From assembly GCA_965248195.1 (NCBI GenBank), contig CBDFIQ010000002.1:352001-416000 (forward strand): a stretch of DNA of 64,000 nucleotides, read 5' to 3'. The position numbers and the translations under genes are program-made. Below the pieces are notes generated by a model that ran no database searches, was not told the origin of the DNA, and saw only the letters and a program-made list of their open reading frames with translations. Source of the stretch: Longimicrobiales bacterium (GTDB lineage Bacteria > Gemmatimonadota > Gemmatimonadetes > Longimicrobiales > Gaopeijiaceae). Of this stretch, positions 1 through 9,581 are shown one piece after another. The number at the start of each line of letters is the position of its first letter. Position 1 is the first letter of the stretch.

Positions 1-409
1 TGGACGAGATCGGGGCAAGGACAGGGGCACCCACGCTCTCAGGAAGCCCCGATGCTACGAGCTGGAGCTTCTCGTTCACGATCTGCCTGGCACGGAAGAT
101 GTCAGTGCCCCAGTCGAACTCTACCCAGACAATGCTGATGCCCTGGGACGTGGAGGAGCGAACCCGGCGTACGCCGGTGGCGCCGTTTACGGCGGTTTCG
201 ACCGGGAAAGTAACGAGGGTTTCCACCTCCTCGGGCGCCATCCCGTGTGCTTCGGTCAGCACGGTCACCGTGGGGGCAGTCAGATCCGGGAAGACGTCCA
301 CGGGCATGCGGCCGGCCGTGATGGCTCCGGCGACCAGGAGCAGGGCAGCCGAGACCAACACGAAGAAGTGGTTGTCGATGGACCAGCGGATCAGGTTACC
401 TAGCATCAT
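1..409 (-). CDS. Heavy-metal efflux RND permease, CusA/CzcA family (5' part; runs off the window)
   Basis: Reverse strand from ATG at 409 reads [25 protein letters not shown]...[67 protein letters not shown], the CzcA N-terminus; directly downstream of the adaptor gene. Confidence 0.93.
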   Translation of the reverse strand, partial: MMLGNLIRWSIDNHFFVLVSAALLLVAGAITAGRMPVDVFPDLTAPTVTVLTEAHGMAPEEVETLVTFPVETAVNGATGVRRVRSSTSQGISIVWVEFDWGTDIFRARQIVNEKLQLVASGLPESVGAPVLAPISS

Positions 410-416
410 CGACGCC

Positions 417-1937
417 CTAGTGGCTGTGGCCGCCCGCAAAGGCGCCACCGGACAAGGAGGCGAGGCGAACCTGATAGGCGCCCACGGTCACGACCCTCTC
501 CCCGAGGTTGAGCCCAGCCAGGATTTGGGTTCGAGTCCCGTCACGGGCACCCAGCGTAAGGGCCCGACGCACAAAGGTTTCACCACCGGTCTGTACGTAT
601 GCCACTGCGGTTCCATTGTCATCGAGGATAGCGTTGTTGGGAACGGCTAACCCGTTCGCCACCCCCCCGATGGGCACGGTCGCCTGCGCCAACTGGCCGA
701 AGGTGAAGGACCCTTTCGAGGACGCAACCTCGAAGACCACCGGCACGGTGCGAGTCTCCGGGCTCATGACGCTTCCGACCGATAGACGCCGGGAGGTCAC
801 GAATACTTGGTCCGAGTCCTCCGTCGTAAACGTGGCCCGGGCTCCCTCGGGGACACTCGTCGCCGTCGAGGCCGACATCTGCACGCGGAGCCACGCTGTC
901 GAAGGATCCACGATGGTAAAGAGGGGCTCGCCGGCCTCCACACGGCTGCCAGGCAGAAAGCTCCGCTCCGCGACTACCCCAGAGATCGGAGCTCGCAGGC
1001 TCAAGCTGTAGTCACCGGCCGTGCCCCCACCCATGGCGTCCAGTTCGGCGCGTGCGACCTCCAGGTCATGACGGGCTTCTTCGAGGCGCGTCCGGGAAAT
1101 CGCTCCGGCCTCGACAAGCCGCTCACTACGTTGGACTTCCCGCACCAGCCGCTCAACTCGGCCACGTGCCTGGGCAAAGCCGCCCTCCTGAGCGGTGGGC
1201 GCAAGAACAACCAGGATCTGTCCCTCCTGGACCGGTTCACCGACCGATGGAGCGTTGCGGTTCTTGTCGGCCGGTGCGATCCCGTCCACCAAGGCGCTCA
1301 CTTGGACGAGCGCCCCATCAGGGGGAACGATCTCGCCCGGCGCCGGGACGGTCCGTTGAACCTCGTGCTCCGCTGCCGGCTCCAGCGCAAATGGAATCAC
1401 CCACTGCTGCTCCTTCAGGAACGCGATCCCCCCATCCTCATCCGCATCCTCGATCGCGAGTGCCTCCTCGAGGCGGGAAAACACGGTGACCCCCGAAAGC
1501 ACATGCCGGCTGTTCACTTGCGGGCTGGCGAGGGAAAGTTCTACTCGGTAGGTACCGGCCTCCCCCACCAGTGGATCGAGGAGGAAGATCCCGTCCCGGG
1601 CCGGAGCCTCCAGCAGGAAGGTCTCGACCCGGTTCTCTTCGCTCCTGAAGGTGACGGTCAGGCGTCCTGAGCGAATTGGCTGGAAGTCCTCCATATGCGA
1701 GAGGTGAATCGCCCAATTTCCGGTTTGCTGCCCGGCAACGGGGTGGGGATATTCGAGGAAGAGTTCGGTGGAGTCGTTCCACTGGGTCACCACCACCACG
1801 CCGATCTCCGGTTCCTGGACGTCGGTATCGGGGCCACCACAGGAACTGCTCGCGAGGGTGAGTCCGGCCAGGATCGACGCTCCAACCCTTCCGTCCATCA
1901 TCATTCGGAGTACGGACCCAAGGCGTTTGGCGATCAT
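417..1937 (-). CDS. Efflux RND periplasmic adaptor subunit (CzcB/CusB-like), probable lipoprotein
   Basis: [61 protein letters not shown]-terminal GGHSH. Start set at ATG 1937 (MIAKRL) behind GGAG. Confidence 0.9.
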   Translation of the reverse strand: MIAKRLGSVLRMMMDGRVGASILAGLTLASSSCGGPDTDVQEPEIGVVVVTQWNDSTELFLEYPHPVAGQQTGNWAIHLSHMEDFQPIRSGRLTVTFRSEENRVETFLLEAPARDGIFLLDPLVGEAGTYRVELSLASPQVNSRHVLSGVTVFSRLEEALAIEDADEDGGIAFLKEQQWVIPFALEPAAEHEVQRTVPAPGEIVPPDGALVQVSALVDGIAPADKNRNAPSVGEPVQEGQILVVLAPTAQEGGFAQARGRVERLVREVQRSERLVEAGAISRTRLEEARHDLEVARAELDAMGGGTAGDYSLSLRAPISGVVAERSFLPGSRVEAGEPLFTIVDPSTAWLRVQMSASTATSVPEGARATFTTEDSDQVFVTSRRLSVGSVMSPETRTVPVVFEVASSKGSFTFGQLAQATVPIGGVANGLAVPNNAILDDNGTAVAYVQTGGETFVRRALTLGARDGTRTQILAGLNLGERVVTVGAYQVRLASLSGGAFAGGHSH

Positions 1938-1959
1938 CGTCCAATCTCCGGCGAGGGGA

Positions 1960-3258
1960 TCATCGTCCGATCTCCGGCGAGGTGGTCTCAGCTTCGGGGC
2001 CGGCGTCGAATCCGCCCATGGCGCGCTCGAGGTCGTAGTACGCGATCCACAAATCGGACCGGAGCTTCGCCTCGGCGGAGTGAGCATCCCGAAGTGCCCG
2101 CGCGGCGTCCAGAAGCTCCACGAGCGCCATCTCACCAGCGTCGTACGCCACTTGGGCGATCTCCAAAAGGTCCGGATCCCCACCCAGGATGTCCTCCTCC
2201 AGAAGAGCGCTACGGAGTTGCAGGCTGCGATAGGACTCGATGGCTTTTCGCAGATCGGCCTGCACCTGCCGTCGAGTCAACTCGAGACGCTCCTCGGAAG
2301 CCCGGATCTGCGCCTCGCTGGTCGCCACGGCTCCGCCACGTCGATCGAAAAGGGGGAGGGGAACGGATAGACCGAGGAAGGCGCCACTGAAGCCGTCCGA
2401 CTGGCGCTTGTACCCACCGGTGGCCGTTATGTCCGGGATACGCTCCGCACGAGCCAGTCGGCTGCCGGCCCTGGCCGCCCCCACCTCCGCGTCGGCTGCA
2501 ACCAATTCGGGTCTCCGGTCGATCGCGCTCTCCAGGACGCGATCCAGGTCCAACTCGAGGGGCGGGACACCGAGTAGCTCCAGGGGGGCCACCCGGATCG
2601 TTTCCTCATTCCCCGACACCTCCCCGTCCGGGAAAATCAACAGAGCGAGGTCTCTTTGGGCGGCCGATGTGGCCAGTCCAGCCTCGGCGAGCAGATTCTC
2701 GTAGCGGACTCGCTCCACCCGGATTCGCTGTAGGCTGTAGAGCGAGATGTCCCCTTCGGCTTCCCGTATGGCGGCGTTTCGTGCACCCTGACGAAAGACC
2801 TCCGTAACTCGTTCGGTCATGGCGAGACGGTCCTCTGACAAGCCGGCTTCCACGTAGGCTCGCTTCACCTCGAAGAAGAGACTGGCGCTGTCGGCGCGCA
2901 CCCGCGCCCGAGCGGCTTCCAGGGCCCATCCCGCCGCGTCCGCGCGCGCGCGCCGCTCCCCAGGGAGTGGAAAGCGCTGGGCCAGGTTCACATACGTCTC
3001 AGAGTAGTTCAGGCCATCCCGGGACAGAGGCTCGTGCGTGACGGCTACCGCAGGGTTCGGGAACGCGTTTGCCTGACGCGCGACCTCCTCAGCCTCCGCT
3101 TCCCTAGTGTGGGCGAGGCGGAGGGCTGGATTGTTCTGTAAGAAGAGTTGGAGCGCTTCATCCAGACTTACTCGGCTCGGGGCCTCTTGCGCATGTATGG
3201 CGCCGGGCCATGAGCCGAGGGCGGCGGCCAGCAAGAGCATCTTGGTCGTGTGGTTCAC
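1960..3258 (-). CDS. TolC-family outer membrane efflux protein (CzcC-like)
   Basis: Signal peptide ending AIHA-QEA, VSLDEALQLFLQNNP, LSVPLPLFDR, YDAGEMALVELLDA. GTG start at 3258 behind GGAG. Confidence 0.92.
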   Translation of the reverse strand: MNHTTKMLLLAAALGSWPGAIHAQEAPSRVSLDEALQLFLQNNPALRLAHTREAEAEEVARQANAFPNPAVAVTHEPLSRDGLNYSETYVNLAQRFPLPGERRARADAAGWALEAARARVRADSASLFFEVKRAYVEAGLSEDRLAMTERVTEVFRQGARNAAIREAEGDISLYSLQRIRVERVRYENLLAEAGLATSAAQRDLALLIFPDGEVSGNEETIRVAPLELLGVPPLELDLDRVLESAIDRRPELVAADAEVGAARAGSRLARAERIPDITATGGYKRQSDGFSGAFLGLSVPLPLFDRRGGAVATSEAQIRASEERLELTRRQVQADLRKAIESYRSLQLRSALLEEDILGGDPDLLEIAQVAYDAGEMALVELLDAARALRDAHSAEAKLRSDLWIAYYDLERAMGGFDAGPEAETTSPEIGR

Positions 3259-3374
3259 AAGCGTTGCTCCGGAATTGTTGTGCCGGTTCAGCACCGCCTG
3301 GGTGGGCGGCAGCCGAAACGGCTCTGATCCAGGGATGTAGGGGTGGGTGTCCGGGCGCCGGCGGGCGCTCGGAA

Positions 3375-3710
3375 TCAGACGGGGAGAGGTGGGGCGCGTG
3401 GAGAGGCCGAGGGGGGAGCGCGTTCTCGAGGGAGGTCGAGCTCGCGGCGCACGACATCCAGTGCAATGACCACCGGAGGATCGGCGAGGGCGGTCGTTTC
3501 CGCGGGCACCGCTAGTGAGATTGGACCCGCAGGTATTCGGTCCGTCTGCTCGGTCAGGACGACCCCGTGGTCGTGGTGCTCGGGGGCGACCAACTGGTAG
3601 CTATCATCACCGGCCACTCTGTGGCTGTGGGATGGCAGGCCCGTTCCCAGTGCTCCGAGGATGAGGAGCAGAAGGCCGGACAACAGCCGTTGAGAGGGTG
3701 ATCGTCGCAT
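3375..3710 (-). CDS. Small exported His-rich protein with two C-terminal RAPP motifs (DUF2946/CruR-like leader peptide candidate)
   Basis: MRRSPSQRLLSGLLLLILGALGTGLPSHSH...EHHDHG...RERAPPSASPRAPPLPV; first ORF upstream of the efflux operon. Confidence 0.72.
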   Translation of the reverse strand: MRRSPSQRLLSGLLLLILGALGTGLPSHSHRVAGDDSYQLVAPEHHDHGVVLTEQTDRIPAGPISLAVPAETTALADPPVVIALDVVRRELDLPRERAPPSASPRAPPLPV

Positions 3711-3769
3711 GGCGAGTATCATTATGGGCACGCCAGGCTGAGTCAAGCGGGGACCCATCCGCTCTGGAG

Positions 3770-4447
3770 TCAGCCTCCCGCCGAATCGCTGCTGGTGTCA
3801 TCCCCCATCTCGTGCTTGAATCCCATGTACCAGTGCGACCCGTCGCAGAAGGGTTTGTTGCGGGATCCACCGCAGCGGCAAAGAGCTTGGCGCTCACGGG
3901 AGTCGTACGCCTCGCCATCGCCCGCTTCCACTTGCAGACCGCGTACGCTGTAGGGCGCATCTTTTGCCACGGTGATACTAGGCCCCTCGGGGTGCTCGAC
4001 AGGCTCGGGAGAGCCTGGCATCGAGTAGCTCAGAGCCCCGGACGGGCACAAGCTCACCACCCGGATGATCTCGTCGGCCTCGGCTCCGTTTGGATCGATC
4101 CACGGCTCAACGCCCAACTTGAACACTGCACTCAGCTTATCCGTGCACACCCCGGCGTGGGCACAGCGGCTGCGATCGTCGTGAATCGTGACGCCCTCAG
4201 CCGCGTACTTCTGAGCTCGATCCGCTGCGGTGTCTTTGCTGGCAAACTCCTGACCGTTGAAGTTGTTGCTCTTGTGCGTCCCGTCGCAAAACGGTTTTCG
4301 GCTGGATCCCCCACAGCGACAGAGGGAATACGCCGGCGGAGCCTCGATGGCGCCGCCCTCGTGATCGAGGATCGGCACTCCTCCCTCCACCCGGTAGGGA
4401 CCGCCGGTCAGCACACGGATTTTCTGCTCGTTCGTCGCGTCAGCCAT
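3770..4447 (-). CDS. CDGSH iron-sulfur protein (two CDGSH domains flanking a DUF1271-like ferredoxin domain)
   Basis: LCRCGGSSRKPFCDGTH and LCRCGGSRNKPFCDGSH; central CAHAGVC...PWIDP...CPSGAL. Confidence 0.92.
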   Translation of the reverse strand: MADATNEQKIRVLTGGPYRVEGGVPILDHEGGAIEAPPAYSLCRCGGSSRKPFCDGTHKSNNFNGQEFASKDTAADRAQKYAAEGVTIHDDRSRCAHAGVCTDKLSAVFKLGVEPWIDPNGAEADEIIRVVSLCPSGALSYSMPGSPEPVEHPEGPSITVAKDAPYSVRGLQVEAGDGEAYDSRERQALCRCGGSRNKPFCDGSHWYMGFKHEMGDDTSSDSAGG

Positions 4448-4612
4448 TCTTCTGCTCCATGTACACCCCTGCCGTGGATAGTAGGAACCCAATCACAAGT
4501 GGCGGGACGGCACCCAGGCCGCCTTCCTCTTCTTCAACAATAGCGGCCCCGTCAACGCTTCGCGTAACTCGGCTCCCCAAGGGTGATCGAAGGGGGTCGT
4601 GCGATCACCCTT

Positions 4613-6361
4613 CTAGATCCTCGCCTGCACGGTGTAGAGTTGGTGGTAGCGCCCGTCGATTTCGATCAGCTCGTCATGGTGCCCACGCTCGACGATCTCG
4701 CCGTCTTCGATGACCAAGATGAGATCGGCCCGCTGAATGGTCGAGAGACGGTGGGCGATGACCACGGTCGTGCGATCCTGGAGAAGTCCACCCAGACTCT
4801 GCTGGATGAGCGCTTCGCTCTCCGTGTCGAGGCTGGACGTGGCTTCGTCGAGTAGCAGCACGCGTGGATCGGACAGTAGCGCCCGGGCGATGGTGACACG
4901 CTGGCGTTGGCCTCCCGACAACTTGACCCCCCGCTCACCGATGACCGTGTCGAGACCATCGGGGAAACGATCGGTGAACTCCGTGACGTAGGCCTGCTCG
5001 GCCGCATCCTGAAGCTCCGCGTCCGTGGCACCGGGCCGTGCGAAAAGAAGGTTTTCACGGATCGTGCCGTCGAAGAGGAAGTCGTCCTGCAGTACCAGGC
5101 CGAGTTGTGATCGGTAGCTCGACAGCTTTACCGTGGCCAGGTCGATGCCGTCCATCAGGACCCTGCCGGCATCCGGCGTAAGGAATGTCGCGGCCAGTCC
5201 GGCGAGCGTCGACTTACCCGATCCCGAGCTGCCTACGAGCGCGATGACCGTACCCGGCTCGGCGTCGAAGTTGATGCCGCGGAGCACGGGTTTGTCTTCT
5301 TCGTAGGCGAAGCTGACGTCCTCGAACACGAGATGCCCCTCGACGCTGGGCATCGTTCCGGTACGTCGGGGATCGTCGTCCTCGGCGGGCCAGGAGAGGA
5401 TCTCCGCCGTCCTATCGAGACCCGCGAACGCCTCCGTCATTTGGGTCCCGATGTTGGCCATCTGCACGATCGGTGCGATCAGAAATCCCATGAACAGCGT
5501 GAACGAGAAAAGATCGCCCAGCGTCATGGATCCCTGAAGGATCTGCCGGCCACCGTACCCCATGATGAGCACGCTCGCGGTGCCGATGAAAAACGTGCCG
5601 AGGCTCGTGACGGTGCTCGACGTGGTCAGCGTCTGCTTGACGTTCTGGAAGATGCGCAGCACCCCGGCCTCGAAGATCTCGCCCTCCTTCTCGATCGCAT
5701 GAAAACCCTTGATGACGCGAATTCCCCCGAGGGCCTCCGTAAGCCGCCCTGTCACCTCCGCGCGCAGTTCGCCGCGTTCGCGGAACGCCGGACGCAGCGT
5801 CTGAAACGCCCGGATGGATACGAAGCCGAACAGCCCCAACGGGACGAGGACGAGAAGCGTCATCACGAAGTCGATGCGCGCGAGGAATGTGAACGCCACG
5901 ATCGCGGTGATGGTGCCCCCGACCAGTTGAACCAGGCCGGTGCCCACGAGATTACGGACCCCTTCGACATCGTTCATGATGCGGGAGACCAACTCTCCGG
6001 TTTTCACGCTGTCGAAAAATCGCACGGGCAGGGTGAGTACATGCCGCTGCACCTGGGAGCGGAGTTGGGCGATCAGGTGTTGCGCTTCGACGCTCAGGAG
6101 GAGCGTGAGCAGGTAGGCGGTACCCGCCTGAACGATTACGGCGACCACCAAGAGTCCCAGTAGCCTGAAGAGCAGGTCGAACTGACCCTGGCCGAGTACG
6201 TCGTCGACCAGGTACTTGGTCGAGGCCGGAAGCACCAGCCCGCTGAGCCGATTGAGAAGTATCAGGAGGAGGCCGAGCGCGATGAGTTTTCGGCGGGGCC
6301 AGATGATCTCTCGAAAGGCGTGCTGGAGGCTGTTCCCGGTGACTTTGGTACGCTTGGCCAA
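4613..6361 (-). CDS. ABC transporter ATP-binding/permease fusion (MsbA-like exporter)
   Basis: N-terminal TM domain, Walker A GSSGSGKS, LSGGQRQ signature, LLLDEATSSLD, IAHRLSTI. Confidence 0.95.
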   Translation of the reverse strand: MAKRTKVTGNSLQHAFREIIWPRRKLIALGLLLILLNRLSGLVLPASTKYLVDDVLGQGQFDLLFRLLGLLVVAVIVQAGTAYLLTLLLSVEAQHLIAQLRSQVQRHVLTLPVRFFDSVKTGELVSRIMNDVEGVRNLVGTGLVQLVGGTITAIVAFTFLARIDFVMTLLVLVPLGLFGFVSIRAFQTLRPAFRERGELRAEVTGRLTEALGGIRVIKGFHAIEKEGEIFEAGVLRIFQNVKQTLTTSSTVTSLGTFFIGTASVLIMGYGGRQILQGSMTLGDLFSFTLFMGFLIAPIVQMANIGTQMTEAFAGLDRTAEILSWPAEDDDPRRTGTMPSVEGHLVFEDVSFAYEEDKPVLRGINFDAEPGTVIALVGSSGSGKSTLAGLAATFLTPDAGRVLMDGIDLATVKLSSYRSQLGLVLQDDFLFDGTIRENLLFARPGATDAELQDAAEQAYVTEFTDRFPDGLDTVIGERGVKLSGGQRQRVTIARALLSDPRVLLLDEATSSLDTESEALIQQSLGGLLQDRTTVVIAHRLSTIQRADLILVIEDGEIVERGHHDELIEIDGRYHQLYTVQARI

Positions 6362-6454
6362 AAGCTTAGAATCCCGTGAGTAGTGTCACGCCACACGAAG
6401 GCAATGAATGATCGCGCACTTCATGCTCAGAGGTTATAGTCCTGTAGAATCATC

Positions 6455-6640
6455 ATGTCGAGCGATCATGGAGATTTGATCGGCCAATCCTGGCGCATCC
6501 TCGGCTCGCCGTCTGGCGGCGGCCACACTGATCTCGGCTGTTCGCCGGGTCCAGCGGCGTCACGAGACGCGGTACCGGGAGCCCTCGTCGGTTCGGAGGC
6601 TTGTCGGGAATGCCACCGCAGAGATCCGGTAAGCCAATAG
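6455..6640 (+). pseudogene. Truncated N-terminal fragment of a lipoprotein cytochrome c
   Basis: LGCSPG...ALVGSEACRECH (lipobox-like LGC plus one CxxCH), then a stop 8 codons later. Confidence 0.55.
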
Positions 6641-6669
6641 AGAGATTCACCCAAAGAAACGAAGATGAG

Positions 6670-8793
6670 ATGCACCAACACGGCGCTGTAAAACTGATCG
6701 GTCTGGCGGGATCACTGTTCACCGTGATGGTGGTAGCAGGGCTGATGCTCGCAGCCACCGATCAACCTACTGAGTTTACGGGCCAGGTGTTGAGCGCTTC
6801 TGGCGCTTTGGTCGTCGGCGGCGAGGCCACTAATCCCGGCCATCCCGTTGTCGGCGCAACGGTCCATCTAGTCCCGATCACGGCGCTTGACGTCACCACG
6901 CGAATGACTGCCAGTGCCATCTATGCTCCACCATACCCTGCAGAACTCTATGACGAACCGCTGGAGGACGCTATTCGACTAGGAGGAACAGGCTTTCCGC
7001 AAGCCACGACGGACTCGCAAGGCGAGTTCGTCATAACTAGTGTGCCCGACGGCAAGTTCTTCATTCATGTAACACCCGCCACAGGAGATACCGAGCACCT
7101 CCCCGGTGGGGACCAGAGCAGAAGAAGCTATCCAGCCGAATTGTTGCGCGGTGAATCGAGGACCATCAGGATCTCGAGCAGTCCTTCTCCGGCTGCCGTG
7201 GCGGTCGGAAGCTCGAGTTGTATGACATGCCATCAGGATGAAAGACACTGGCAACAAACCGCCCACAAAATCGGTTGGACCGTACCGGGAGCTCCCGGGC
7301 CGATGCAGGACTTCTCGAGACACCCGGACTACTTCGACGCACTCGAATCATTCCCCGAGGCGGACAATTACGAGAGCGGAACGCACCTGGAGCTGGGGGA
7401 TTACGATGCCCGGAGGAACAACGACAAATTCAAGTTGAGAGGATTTGGCGATTCTCGGCTGCCGATCGAGACGACCTATGCCGATGTCTATTTGTGGAAG
7501 AACAATGACGACGGCAAGTACTACATCACGATGGTGAACAGCCTCAACCCGACGGACCCCAATAGCCCAGCCCACCTGGAGATAAAGCTCCTATACGGCG
7601 GGGCGGTTCACGACCAGCGGTACATCGTCTCAGTTCCTCCGGGCCTAGGATCTCGGCTGGGATGGTATACCCTGCTTCGGTATAACATGACCGGGCGTGA
7701 CAACAGGTTGAACAGAGCGCGGCGAGTTTGGCACGACTACAAGTTCTACCTCTGGTGGGCCCCTGGTGAGGACGCCCAATACGGGACTTCCGACGATTTG
7801 ATCAAGGCTCCGCCGGTCAACACGAATACCGTTCAGACCATGTGCGCCAGCTGTCATCTAACGGGCTGGGAACGGTATGAAGACGAGGCCACCGGCCAGT
7901 TTCTGGTACGAGCCGTGAATGATCCCGGTGGCGCGATGAACATAGACGATGACCCCGAGATGGACGAGATCAATATCGGCTGCGAAAATTGCCACGGCCC
8001 CGGGTCGGAGCATGTGGCCAACGAAGGAAGATCCCGCTTTATCGTCAACCCCAAGTTTCTTTCGGCAGAGCGGTCCAGTGTGGTCTGCGGCAGGTGCCAC
8101 GACAGACGACAAGGGTATGGCGGAGAAATCGTGGGTTACACACAAGCTCTCAGCATGGCAGGAGAGCTCGCGAGGCCGGGAATAAGCCGCCACGCACTAA
8201 TTACGGAGTATACCGACCCGATCAAAAAGGGGCCTACCGTGCAAGGTCCTGGAAGAGAGAACAACATCTGGCCTGACGATATCCACTCGAGCAAACCTCA
8301 CCAGCAGTATTCGGATTTCCTGAAGTCGAAGATGTACAGAAACGATCGATTGCTGGTCACCTGCTCGGACTGCCATGACATGCATGGTGGCACACCGTAC
8401 TCACGCTCGCTGATTCACGACCCCGATGACTCCAGCTCCCCTCTGTGCCAGAGATGTCACCGTGTAGACATTCTGTCTCATATGGAAACGGAATTGAACG
8501 CGAAGATGAAGGGCGATCTGACACGCTGTATCGACTGTCATATGCCTGGAACAGCCAATACCGGGGGCATCGCAGGCAATTTTGGCAGGATGATAGAGAC
8601 GCCTCCATATGCCCATGCGGCCGACGAAGAGAATAACGCCTACTGGGAAGGCGCCATAAAATCGCATGTATTCGATGTGCCCTTGAAAACAAACGTTGGG
8701 GTCGACGGGGTGTTGCCGGGCAGGGCGATGCCCATTCCTTACACAGGCGCCTGCGGGACTTGCCATATTGTGAACGAGTTACCGTTCAGATAA
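6670..8793 (+). CDS. Exported octaheme c-type cytochrome with N-terminal beta-sandwich domain
   Basis: Eight CxxCH motifs (CMTCH, CASCH, CENCH, CGRCH, CSDCH, CQRCH, CIDCH, CGTCH) and an N-terminal hydrophobic signal; ATG 6670. Confidence 0.9.
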   Translation: MHQHGAVKLIGLAGSLFTVMVVAGLMLAATDQPTEFTGQVLSASGALVVGGEATNPGHPVVGATVHLVPITALDVTTRMTASAIYAPPYPAELYDEPLEDAIRLGGTGFPQATTDSQGEFVITSVPDGKFFIHVTPATGDTEHLPGGDQSRRSYPAELLRGESRTIRISSSPSPAAVAVGSSSCMTCHQDERHWQQTAHKIGWTVPGAPGPMQDFSRHPDYFDALESFPEADNYESGTHLELGDYDARRNNDKFKLRGFGDSRLPIETTYADVYLWKNNDDGKYYITMVNSLNPTDPNSPAHLEIKLLYGGAVHDQRYIVSVPPGLGSRLGWYTLLRYNMTGRDNRLNRARRVWHDYKFYLWWAPGEDAQYGTSDDLIKAPPVNTNTVQTMCASCHLTGWERYEDEATGQFLVRAVNDPGGAMNIDDDPEMDEINIGCENCHGPGSEHVANEGRSRFIVNPKFLSAERSSVVCGRCHDRRQGYGGEIVGYTQALSMAGELARPGISRHALITEYTDPIKKGPTVQGPGRENNIWPDDIHSSKPHQQYSDFLKSKMYRNDRLLVTCSDCHDMHGGTPYSRSLIHDPDDSSSPLCQRCHRVDILSHMETELNAKMKGDLTRCIDCHMPGTANTGGIAGNFGRMIETPPYAHAADEENNAYWEGAIKSHVFDVPLKTNVGVDGVLPGRAMPIPYTGACGTCHIVNELPFR

Positions 8794-8818
8794 TAGGCAT
8801 GGCGGATGGGAGGGTAAC

Positions 8819-9541
8819 ATGGTCGTGAAGACCCGCAGGCTCATTGCACTCGTAGGTCTTGGCGTCGGTGTGCTCGTGGCGGCGCCGGGAGAGGCCCAGG
8901 AGGGTGAGGGGTGCAAATTCCTGTGCGTACCGGAGCTGAAGATCGAGCCTACGCTCACCTTCGAAAATCTCGGAAACCGGGCGCGGGTCGAGGTCGCTGG
9001 GATCGTACAGGAGACGGCGCGAGAGACCGTCTTCGAGCTGATCTTCGCGTTGGAGGTACCCACCGAGATCCCGCGAGTAGGGCTGAGCTTCGAGTTGATC
9101 GTCGCCGCCTTCGCGAGTACCTCCGAGCACCCGTTTACGGGCGCCACGGCGGCGGGGTTGGGCCGGGACGACATCCGCGACAACGTGGTAGAAATCGAAA
9201 GCGAGCTCAACCTGGATCTGGTCGACTCCGATCAGACGGGGGGTTGGCTGTCGTCCCACTTTGACATCGTCGACAAGTTCAGTCCGGGTGAACGGCCGGA
9301 CGCCGCCAGCGTTTATACGCACAAGCTCGACTTGGAGTTGGATACCGCGTTCCACCTCTTCAATTGGCTGCCCGAGGGTCGCTGGCTACGGAACGCGGAA
9401 CTGGAGCTCTCTATCGACTACCTCGCGACGGGTTTGCCGAGGGCGGGCGACCTGATCGGGGACGAGCTCTTTCTCGACGATGCGAGCCCCTGGTCGCTCT
9501 CCCTCGTTATCGTGCTTCCATTGGCTCCACTGGATCCGTGA
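8819..9541 (+). CDS. Exported hypothetical protein, possible small outer-membrane beta-barrel
   Basis: GGAGG RBS; signal peptide ending GEA-QE; CKFLC; alternating hydrophobic strands (LELDTAFH, LELSIDYL, WSLSLVIVLPL). Confidence 0.75.
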   Translation: MVVKTRRLIALVGLGVGVLVAAPGEAQEGEGCKFLCVPELKIEPTLTFENLGNRARVEVAGIVQETARETVFELIFALEVPTEIPRVGLSFELIVAAFASTSEHPFTGATAAGLGRDDIRDNVVEIESELNLDLVDSDQTGGWLSSHFDIVDKFSPGERPDAASVYTHKLDLELDTAFHLFNWLPEGRWLRNAELELSIDYLATGLPRAGDLIGDELFLDDASPWSLSLVIVLPLAPLDP

Positions 9542-9581
9542 GGGCATTTGGTGCGCCTGGGCAGATAGGGGGTCGCGGCCA

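Noticed and set aside
3711..3750. Minus-strand TTGACT..CATAAT promoter for the RAPP ORF
   Set aside because: The spacer is 14 bp (or 20 bp to GATACT), and there is no clear MerR-type dyad.
3770..4447. CDGSH protein as part of the metal efflux system
   Set aside because: This is a known architecture, and adjacency alone gives no functional link.
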